From Nitrososphaerota archaeon (GTDB taxonomy: Archaea; Thermoproteota; Nitrososphaeria; Nitrososphaerales; UBA57), in assembly GCA_002713205.1 (NCBI GenBank), contig PAVW01000013.1, positions 30,272 to 62,271 of the forward strand: DNA of 32,000 nucleotides, written 5' to 3'. This document shows positions 25,761 through 32,000 of this stretch, one piece after another. The notes beneath the pieces were generated by a model. That model made no database searches. It had not been told where the DNA came from and was given only the letters and a program-made list of their open reading frames with translations. Position 1 is the stretch's first letter. Every line of letters begins with the position of its first letter. Made by a program: the position numbers and the translations under genes.

Positions 25761-25829
25761 TATTTCTAAATAATAAGTTGTAATATTTCTAAATAATAAG
25801 TTGTAATATTTCTAAATAATAAGTTGTAA
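25761..25829. repeat. 3 x 23-bp perfect tandem direct repeat (tatttctaaataataagttgtaa) between the TFS-like gene and the nuo promoter
   Basis: Units at 25761-25783, 25784-25806 and 25807-25829 are identical. Each contains the inverted repeat TATTT-ct-AAATA. Confidence 0.97.
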
Positions 25830-25835
25830 TATATG

Positions 25836-26183
25836 TCAATTAGCACGCCAAGTATGAGAACATGAAACACATCGAAAGAACTGCGTAGAAGCCCGTTCTA
25901 AACTACTTGTTTGTTTATCCCAGAAATATGCAAAATTGTGACGGCATTTTGGACATGTAATTTTAGTAGTAGGAAGTGAACGTAGTTTTTCAGCCTTGGC
26001 ATCTACAACTTTAATGGTTGTTGCAGGTTCAACAGGTACTTCTTTAATTTTTACTCTTTTTGTTTCTTGGGAATAATCACATGATATGCAAGACAATAGG
26101 AGTTTAGTTTTGGGTTTAGAACCAGATGTATCTTCAAACTTTTTAGTTTGGAGTTTTGCGTTACATTTAGGACAAAATTGCAA
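25836..26183 (-). CDS. Transcription factor S (TFIIS/RpoM)-like double zinc-ribbon protein with a non-canonical hairpin tip
   Basis: The N-terminal ribbon is 'FCPKC...CISC'. The C-terminal ribbon 'CPKCRHNFAYFWDKQTSSLERASTQFFRCVSCSHTWR' aligns with the TFS/TFIIS domain III consensus CPKCG...QTRSADEP.T.FY.C..CGH.W. The start is TTG, the only in-frame option after an upstream TGA. Confidence 0.75.
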   Translation of the reverse strand: MQFCPKCNAKLQTKKFEDTSGSKPKTKLLLSCISCDYSQETKRVKIKEVPVEPATTIKVVDAKAEKLRSLPTTKITCPKCRHNFAYFWDKQTSSLERASTQFFRCVSCSHTWRAN

Positions 26184-26257
26184 AGCCCATCATCGACCTG
26201 AAACAATGCAATAATAATAAGTAAAAAGTTTTACGGAATTTCTTAATTTTAAAATTC

Positions 26258-26665
26258 TCATATATAACAATTATTGTTATGATAATCGGGAAATTTATTC
26301 AGTTCTTCTATATATCGTATTCTGCCTCTCGAAGCATATGATAATTCACGTCTGTAAGTTACATCAACTAAAGCTCTTCTTTCCAAGGTTTTTATTGCTC
26401 TACTTGTAAGATATCTTCCTTGACGATCATAATCAAATAATAAAATAGTTTTTTTGTATAACAATGTTTTATCCACGAATTTAGAAAGAGTATTATTATT
26501 GCAATAAGTAAATATGTTGCCAGAAAATCCTAAAGAAAAAAGCGCTATGGCATCATTTTTTCCTTCAACAACTATTAAAGCACCATTCTGAAATTCATGA
26601 TTCAATCGAGAAATAAATCTTGTAAGAAAATTAATAAAATCTGAGTCGTAATGAAGTATGTTCAC
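26258..26665 (-). CDS. Small Toprim-domain protein (RNase M5/primase-like small Toprim family)
   Basis: 'ALIVVEGKNDAIAL' carries the conserved Glu and 'ILLFDYDRQGRYL' is a DxD motif. 135 aa, GTG start. Confidence 0.6.
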   Translation of the reverse strand: MNILHYDSDFINFLTRFISRLNHEFQNGALIVVEGKNDAIALFSLGFSGNIFTYCNNNTLSKFVDKTLLYKKTILLFDYDRQGRYLTSRAIKTLERRALVDVTYRRELSYASRGRIRYIEELNKFPDYHNNNCYI

Positions 26666-26703
26666 TAGATAAAATAAATATCAATGTACTAAAAATGTAT
26701 GTA

Positions 26704-26979
26704 TTATTTTCGATTTATTATTTTTTCAAGAATTGGAATAAATAATAAAGGAATCATGGTCCCTATAATTATACCAATTACCATATCATTCATAGAAGGA
26801 TCAAGAATCGCACCAAGACCATTAGAGAAAGTATGTCCAACGCCAGCACCAATTAATCCGCCAAATAATCCTTTAGACTTATTATCAAAAAATTTTTCAA
26901 TATTAATACCTGTATAAGCTCCAAGTAGTAACAAAAAATTATCAATGAATCCAAAAATGAATCCATCAGGTAATATCAT
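26704..26979 (-). CDS. Small (91 aa) Gly-rich integral membrane protein, paralog B
   Basis: Three hydrophobic segments. 'LPDGFIFGFIDN', 'GGLIGAGVGHTFSNGLGAILDPSM' and 'IIIGTMIPLLFIPILEKI' are all shared with the upstream paralog. Confidence 0.6.
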   Translation of the reverse strand: MILPDGFIFGFIDNFLLLLGAYTGINIEKFFDNKSKGLFGGLIGAGVGHTFSNGLGAILDPSMNDMVIGIIIGTMIPLLFIPILEKIINRK

Positions 26980-27251
26980 TTATTTCGAATTCTCTCAATT
27001 ATTGGAACAAAAAAGATTGGAATAATAGTACCAAGTATTATACCAAACAACATACCACGCATTGATGGATCTAAAATCGCACCAAGAGCATCAGAAATAG
27101 AATTTCCAATAGTAGCACCCAATACACCACCCAATACACCACTGCCTTTTTTGTTCATATATTTTTCAATACTAACTCCGGTATAAGCTCCAAGTAATAG
27201 AATAGAATTATCAATAAAGCCGAAAATAAGACCATCAGGAAGAGCTAACAT
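26976..27251 (-). CDS. Small (91 aa) Gly-rich integral membrane protein, paralog A
   Basis: Same length and architecture as 26704-26979. Its stop overlaps the downstream start (ATGA). 'LPDGLIFGFIDN...GGVLGATIGNSISDALGAILDPSM'. Confidence 0.6.
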   Translation of the reverse strand: MLALPDGLIFGFIDNSILLLGAYTGVSIEKYMNKKGSGVLGGVLGATIGNSISDALGAILDPSMRGMLFGIILGTIIPIFFVPIIERIRNK

Positions 27252-27361
27252 AACAATAATGTAATTATAATGATATAAAATCTTGTAATTAAAATATTAA
27301 TAATTAAATAATTATTAATTATTCATATATTTTAAAAATAAATTATTAATTTCTATAATAA

Positions 27362-28585
27362 TTATAATCCTAAACCGAGTAATTCTTTAGCAATTATCAT
27401 GCGTTGTATGTCATTAGTACCTTCATAAATTTCTGCAATAAATGAATCTCGAAATCCTCGTTCAATTTCTGAACCTTCTTTTATTCCAGAAATGCCCTGA
27501 ATCTCAATAGCACGAATAATTGCACGAGAAGCTACTTCAGTTACATACGCTTTTGAAATTGCAGAACCTCGAGATATGGAATCACGTAATCGTCGAGGAA
27601 CCTTTTCACGAGATTCAATAATTTTGTAATACTTTTCCAATTCTACAAGATTATTATAAACAAGATACTTGGAAGCATATACCTCCATAGCTATATCAGC
27701 AAGTTTCCATTGTACAGATTGTCGATTTGATAAAGAGCCGCCTTCGGATTGATTTTTTCTAAGAAAGTCAACGCATAGATCTAAAGCTCTTTGCGCAGCA
27801 CCAAGTGCACCAACAGCCAATGAAACTCTTCCACCATCCAAAGTGGTTAATGCTACCATAAATCCTGCACCAACATCTCCCAATACATTAGACTTGGGAA
27901 TTTTACAATTTTCAAAAATTAATTCTGCAGTTGAAGAAGCTTTCAATCCCATTTTCTTCTCAATTTTACCAACTGAAAAACCAGGTGTGTTTTTTTCCAC
28001 TAAAAATGCAGTAATACCACCCATTGGTCCTAAGTTTTTATCATTTGTTGCAAAAACAATTGTTAAATCAGCTTGGTCTCCGTTTGTACAAAAAATCTTG
28101 CTTCCGTTAAGAATGAAATCCTCACCGTTAATATCAGCAGTTGTTTGGATATTAGCTGCATCACTACCAGCAGCTGGTTCGGTTAATGCAAATGCGCCAA
28201 GTGAATTTCCAGATGCAAGAGAAGGAAGATATTTCTTTTTTTGTTCTTCAGTGCCAAATAGCACAATAGGCGTAGCACATAGACCAAGATGAGCGCCAAG
28301 AATTGTTCCGTGGGAACTACAGATTCCTCCAATCTCCTCCAATAAAATTCCATATTCGATCTTGCTTAATTCTTGACCACCATAATTTTTTGGAATTGTT
28401 AAACCAAAATATCCTTGAGATGCCATTTTTTGAATGTTATCAAGAGGAAACTCTTCGTTTTTATCATAATCTTGCACAGTAGGAAGGATATTTTCGTGTA
28501 GGAATTCCCGAACTGTCCTTCGAAATTGTTCTTGTTCCTCTGTAAAAGAGAATTCAAAAGGCATTGTATAAAAAAGGAAATCCAA
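27362..28585 (-). CDS. Acyl-CoA dehydrogenase (canonical)
   Basis: 'GAFALTEPAAGSDA', 'TLDGGRVSLAVGALGAAQRALD' and 'RDSFIAEIYEGTNDIQRMIIAKE', the last carrying the catalytic Glu in the YEGT motif. Confidence 0.9.
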   Translation of the reverse strand: MDFLFYTMPFEFSFTEEQEQFRRTVREFLHENILPTVQDYDKNEEFPLDNIQKMASQGYFGLTIPKNYGGQELSKIEYGILLEEIGGICSSHGTILGAHLGLCATPIVLFGTEEQKKKYLPSLASGNSLGAFALTEPAAGSDAANIQTTADINGEDFILNGSKIFCTNGDQADLTIVFATNDKNLGPMGGITAFLVEKNTPGFSVGKIEKKMGLKASSTAELIFENCKIPKSNVLGDVGAGFMVALTTLDGGRVSLAVGALGAAQRALDLCVDFLRKNQSEGGSLSNRQSVQWKLADIAMEVYASKYLVYNNLVELEKYYKIIESREKVPRRLRDSISRGSAISKAYVTEVASRAIIRAIEIQGISGIKEGSEIERGFRDSFIAEIYEGTNDIQRMIIAKELLGLGL

Positions 28586-28620
28586 TCAGTATAAAGGTTA
28601 TCGTTATAATTTGAACGGAA

Positions 28621-29751
28621 TCAGCTCGTGAAGTGTTTTGCAATTAAAACTCTAAGATCATCATTCGAGTCTATGAGAGATTTTACTGCTTCTGCATCTC
28701 TCACAAAGCGTTCAACAGGATAATCCTTAATGTATCCATATCCACCATGAATCAAAAGTGAAAATTTTGTATTTCTTTGTGCCATTTCTGAAGATGCGAT
28801 CTTTATCATTGCAGCTTGAATATGAACATCTAAACTATTGTCTTTATTATTAGAAATATTACCAAGCATTGCGGAAGCAGCTTCAATATCCAAAGCTATA
28901 CTTGCAATTTTATGTTGTATAGCTTCAAATTTTGATATACGTTTAGAAAATTGTTCGCGTTCGTTAGAATATTTAATAGCTTGGTCCAAAGCAGATTGCA
29001 TTATTCCAATACTAATAGCACTAATACCCAACCATATAGTCTCTTGTATAATTTTAATAATGTCTGGTGTATCTTCAAATTTTCCGATTAAATTAGTTTT
29101 TGGCACCTTACAACTATAAAATGAAATAGAAACTAATTCATTGCCGTTTAATCCAATCGTCGATATTGGTTTACTAAAAGATATATCGGGATTGTCTTTT
29201 TCTACCAAAACAAGTCCAGAATCTTTTCCAAAATTACATAAAACAATAAAAAAATCCGATAATGCACCATTCAGTACAAAAGATTTAGTTCCACTGATTG
29301 AATAGTAATCGCCTTCTTCCGTTGCTTCTGTACGGATGTTGTCTACATTTATAAAACTTCCATCATCCCCAAGCACTGCAGTGCCTATCTTTTTACCAGT
29401 TGTTAGTTCTGTGAGAAGATTACTTTTCTGTGAATCTGTGCCAAATTTGTTAATAAGTTGGACTGACAAGATATTATGAAAAATCAATAACGAAGACAAT
29501 GCTGGTGAATACTTTGTAAGTTCAAGCATTCCATGAATAAAGGTAGAGAAACTGGTTTCAGCGCCACCAAACTCACTTGAACCTAACATTCCGTACAAAC
29601 CGAATTCAGAAACCTTTTCGAGAATAGAGATAGGAAGTTCTGAATTGCTATCAATATCTGAAACAATTGGATTAATTTCGTTTTCGCCAAAATTCTGTAT
29701 TACTTCCTTGATCATTTCGATTTCTTCGTTCAAAGATGACAATTTATTCAT
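28621..29751 (-). CDS. Acyl-CoA dehydrogenase-like protein, divergent, without the canonical YEGT Glu
   Basis: ACAD fold is evident ('ISAISIGIMQSALDQAIKYSNEREQF', 'IHGGYGYIKDYPVERFVRDAEA'). The C-terminus 'VKSLIDSNDDLRVLIAK' aligns without gaps to '...EIYEGTNDIQRMIIAK', placing Ile where the Glu should be. Confidence 0.75.
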   Translation of the reverse strand: MNKLSSLNEEIEMIKEVIQNFGENEINPIVSDIDSNSELPISILEKVSEFGLYGMLGSSEFGGAETSFSTFIHGMLELTKYSPALSSLLIFHNILSVQLINKFGTDSQKSNLLTELTTGKKIGTAVLGDDGSFINVDNIRTEATEEGDYYSISGTKSFVLNGALSDFFIVLCNFGKDSGLVLVEKDNPDISFSKPISTIGLNGNELVSISFYSCKVPKTNLIGKFEDTPDIIKIIQETIWLGISAISIGIMQSALDQAIKYSNEREQFSKRISKFEAIQHKIASIALDIEAASAMLGNISNNKDNSLDVHIQAAMIKIASSEMAQRNTKFSLLIHGGYGYIKDYPVERFVRDAEAVKSLIDSNDDLRVLIAKHFTS

Positions 29752-29875
29752 AATAGATTCTCATAACATAATAATCTTATCCATAGAAAACCGTCTGGTT
29801 ATGATGAACAATAAGAATAAATAATGATTTATCAACTGCCAAGAACAACAAGTTGTTGTCAGTGTGTTGTAAAAA

Positions 29876-30463
29876 ATGATTATGACAGGAACATATATTC
29901 TATTAGGAATTAACTTTCTATTCTTTTTAGTTCTAAATGTCATACTAGGCAGTACAGTATGTGGAGACATACCATGGAGAATGTTTTGCATAAAAAGCAA
30001 TTACCTTTTTCAATTTGCACAAGTTAATCAATTCATATTTGCAGGAGAAAATCTATATCAATTAATTACAAAAATGTTTGTTCATCTAGCTATATTGCAT
30101 TTTGTTTTGAATATGTTTTTTTTATGGTTTTTCGGTATAAGATTAGAAAAAATTTCTAGTTCAGTATTTCTTATTCTTGTATTTTTATTATCAGGTATTT
30201 CTACGAGTATCGCAAATTTATTTCTTGGAACAATTATTTCTGCAGGGGCATCAGGAGCAATTTTTGGTATTGTTACAGTATTCACAGTTCTAAATTGGAA
30301 TCAAAAAAATACAAAATTATTGTTTCTAGCTTTTTTGATCTTTATACATGCACCAGCATTACTAGGATCTAGCATTAATTATCTTTCGCATTTTACTGGA
30401 TTGGCATGTGGTGCTTTGCTTGGACTAATTAGGTTTAAAATGTCAAGTAAAAATATCAAGTAA
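29876..30463 (+). CDS. Rhomboid-family intramembrane serine protease
   Basis: 'HLAILHFVLNM' (HxxxN), 'GASGAIFG' (GxSG catalytic Ser) and 'LSHFTGLACGALLG' (catalytic His in TM6); about 6 TM helices. Confidence 0.8.
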   Translation: MIMTGTYILLGINFLFFLVLNVILGSTVCGDIPWRMFCIKSNYLFQFAQVNQFIFAGENLYQLITKMFVHLAILHFVLNMFFLWFFGIRLEKISSSVFLILVFLLSGISTSIANLFLGTIISAGASGAIFGIVTVFTVLNWNQKNTKLLFLAFLIFIHAPALLGSSINYLSHFTGLACGALLGLIRFKMSSKNIK

Positions 30464-30497
30464 TTACTTTTTTATTGCGCTAAATTAAAGATAAAAC

Positions 30498-31655
30498 ATG
30501 AACAAGGTATTTTTGCTTAGTGCTGCAGGAACATCATATGGAAAAACAGATTTAACTGGAAGAGATTTATCAATGTTAGCTTCAAAACATGCAATAGAAA
30601 GAGCAGGAATAAAATCACAAGATATTCAAGCCGCGTTTATAGCAAACGCATTTGGCATGGCTGAGAAGCAAGGTCATTTGGGCCCATTATTGATGAGTAG
30701 CTTGGGTATTCCTCATGCCCCGTCATCAACTATAGAAGCTGCTTGTTGCAGTGGAGGATCAGCAATTAGGGAGGCTTACATTAACGTTGCATCAGGTTTT
30801 TATGATGTTATTTTGGTTGCTGGAACTGAAAAAATCAGCCACCTAGATACGCTTACAGCGACAACTTATTTTTCATATGGGGGAGACTATTGTTTCGAGG
30901 GAAATTCAGGTGCATCTTTTCCTGGATTATATGCCACAATGGCAAGATCTCACATGCATGAATACGGTACAACAGAAGAAGAATTAGCTGCCGTTGCTGT
31001 AAAGAATCACGATAACGGATTTTTGAATGATAAAGCGCATTTTCAAAAAAGGATTACAATAGATGATGTGTTGAAATCCGCAGTAGTTGCAGATCCATTA
31101 AAGCTTTATGATAGTTGTCCTTTCTCAGATGGTGCAGCTGCAGCAATAATTGCTAGTGAAGAGTTCATGGATAAAAACAATTTACAGAAACGTGTATCTA
31201 TAAAAGGTTCAGGAAGGTCAGGAGGCTCTGGATCATTACACACTCGAAAAGATATGACCAGTTTAGAATCCACCATTAGAGCATCAAGGGAAGCACTAAA
31301 ACATGCAAATATAAATATTAAAGATATAGACTTCGCCGAAGTTCATGATTGTTTTACAATCGCTGAGATAATTGCAATGGAAGATTTAGGAATATTTGAA
31401 AAAGGTGAAGCTGGTAAGGCAGTAGTTGAAGGGAGAACTAAAATCAACGGAGACATTCCAATAAATCCGTCTGGAGGTCTCAAATCAAAGGGTCATCCTG
31501 TTGGTGCAACTGGAGTTGGTCAGGTAGTTGAAGTCTTCGAACAATTAACAAGAAATTCTAAAAAAAGACAAGTTGAAGATGCAAGAATTGGATTAACTCA
31601 TAATGTTGGTGCGACTGGAGGCAGTTGTGCAGTTCATATATTCGAGGGTGAATAA
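30498..31655 (+). CDS. Thiolase (acetyl-CoA C-acetyltransferase, archaeal SCP-x-like type)
   Basis: 'IEAACCSGGSAIREA' (active-site Cys), 'AEVHDCFTIAE' (His) and 'HNVGATGGSCAVHIF'. Confidence 0.9.
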   Translation: MNKVFLLSAAGTSYGKTDLTGRDLSMLASKHAIERAGIKSQDIQAAFIANAFGMAEKQGHLGPLLMSSLGIPHAPSSTIEAACCSGGSAIREAYINVASGFYDVILVAGTEKISHLDTLTATTYFSYGGDYCFEGNSGASFPGLYATMARSHMHEYGTTEEELAAVAVKNHDNGFLNDKAHFQKRITIDDVLKSAVVADPLKLYDSCPFSDGAAAAIIASEEFMDKNNLQKRVSIKGSGRSGGSGSLHTRKDMTSLESTIRASREALKHANINIKDIDFAEVHDCFTIAEIIAMEDLGIFEKGEAGKAVVEGRTKINGDIPINPSGGLKSKGHPVGATGVGQVVEVFEQLTRNSKKRQVEDARIGLTHNVGATGGSCAVHIFEGE

Positions 31656-31656
31656 A

Positions 31657-32000
31657 TTGGCTGAGGATTCTGTATTTGTAGGAGATATATATGAAGGCAC
31701 TAGAAATGGAAAGATCAGAGCGTATGAATGTACTGAATGTAATCATCAGGGAGTAGCAGTACAAGCATTTTGTGATAAATGTGGGAATAATAAATTAACT
31801 ATTAAAGAAATTGGTAACATTGGTAAAGTAATTACTTACACAATTCAAACAGTTGCTCCAGATCCATTTGTTAATGAAGTTCCATATGCATGGGTAATTG
31901 TAGAACTCGACAATAACGTTAGGATAACTGGATGGATACCATTTGTTTCTTCGAGAGAAGATCTGAAGATAGGAGATAGGGTAAAGCTTGTAAAGTCCTA
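31657..32000 (+). CDS. DUF35-type Zn-ribbon/OB-fold protein, thiolase-associated, 3'-truncated by the window edge
   Basis: This ORF is not in the supplied track because it is open to the window end. A TTG at 31657 lies 1 nt after the thiolase stop. My own translation gives '(M)AEDSVFVGDIYEGTRNGKIRAYECTECNHQGVAVQAFCDKCGNNKL...VPYAWVIVELDNNVRITGW...IGDRVKLV', which is a CxxC...CxxC ribbon followed by OB-fold strands. Confidence 0.75.
   Translation, partial: MAEDSVFVGDIYEGTRNGKIRAYECTECNHQGVAVQAFCDKCGNNKLTIKEIGNIGKVITYTIQTVAPDPFVNEVPYAWVIVELDNNVRITGWIPFVSSREDLKIGDRVKLVKS

Noticed and set aside
25761-25829. The possibility that the 23-bp repeats form a CRISPR array.
   Set aside because: The units are directly contiguous with no spacers, there are only three copies, the unit is short and AT-rich, and there are no cas genes in the window.
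27252-27361. AT-only palindromes (for example AATAATTATT and TTAATAATTAAATAATTATTAATTATT) in the spacer between the ACAD stop and the start of the small membrane protein gene.
   Set aside because: This is pure A/T low-complexity sequence in which self-complementarity is expected by chance. It probably just holds the promoter/TATA region and terminator T-tracts.
29761-30000. A 79-aa minus-strand ORF between the ACAD start and the rhomboid gene.
   Set aside because: It overlaps the rhomboid 5' end in antisense. It has no recognisable domain and an odd composition, so it is probably spurious.
804-31764. About 28 short ORFs (61-149 aa) in the supplied track lie inside or antisense to longer genes. 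Examples are 804-1031, 1257-1535, 1879-2088, 2107-2292, 3545-3739, 4382-4624, 5819-6007, 7316-7519, 8292-8507, 11757-11981, 12654-13032, 19567-19845, 20343-20537, 20783-21058, 21207-21395, 21636-21860, 23052-23276, 23810-24001, 24142-24432, 25523-25738, 26699-26917, 27843-28292, 28838-29119, 30082-30285 and 31558-31764.
   Set aside because: Each is fully embedded in a longer ORF that has clear family motifs. Their translations are low-complexity or compositionally odd: Ile/Leu/Ser/Phe-rich, or Ala-rich as the mirror image of a membrane protein. None shows a recognisable motif. In AT-rich genomes antisense frames often stay open by chance.
1-32000. CTAG avoidance as a clue to the R-M system's specificity.
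   Set aside because: CTAG occurs many times across the window, for example near 3111, 4058, 5733, 8043, 9299, 10330, 11100, 11834 and 13848. There is no visible depletion, and a proper test needs genome-wide statistics.

Overview
This is an AT-rich, very compact archaeal chromosome segment. By inference from gene content it comes from an ammonia-oxidising thaumarchaeon of the Nitrosopumilus type. The inference rests on the 11-subunit nuo operon without nuoEFG, a TFS-like factor, an archaeal-type PPAT, a multi-intron tRNA, a 5S rRNA gene with no 16S/23S rRNA gene anywhere in the window, and many TTG/GTG start codons.

Most of the window is housekeeping:
- A 5'-truncated SDR-like gene.
- MPG-type DNA glycosylase, 5S rRNA, methionine aminopeptidase and PPAT.
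- TrpRS and PheRS alpha and beta.
- A membrane-anchored cyclophilin and a polyprenyl (GGPP) synthase.
- A 12-gene complex I operon on the minus strand (nuoA-B-C-D-H-I-J-K, M-like, L, M, N).
- A TFS-like zinc-ribbon protein and a small Toprim protein.
- Two acyl-CoA dehydrogenases, a rhomboid protease, and a thiolase followed by a DUF35 OB-fold protein that runs off the window end.

The clearest accessory stretch is 1.1-4.1 kb. It holds a convergent type II restriction-modification pair, a gene encoding a CarH-like cobalamin-binding module with a non-MerR N-terminus, and an abutting tRNA-Trp(CCA) gene that appears to carry two introns.

Best candidates for something new:
1. The CarH-like Wx9EH/ExH protein, a possible B12- or light-responsive regulator.
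2. Three perfect 23-bp tandem repeats, each containing a 5-2-5 inverted repeat, just upstream of the nuo promoter.
3. A TFS paralog in which the acidic DE hairpin is replaced.
4. A complex I cassette with an extra NuoM-like subunit and a long NuoL.
5. A GC-enriched 180-bp intergenic island with no ORF.

All functional calls come from reading motifs by eye. No database search was run.
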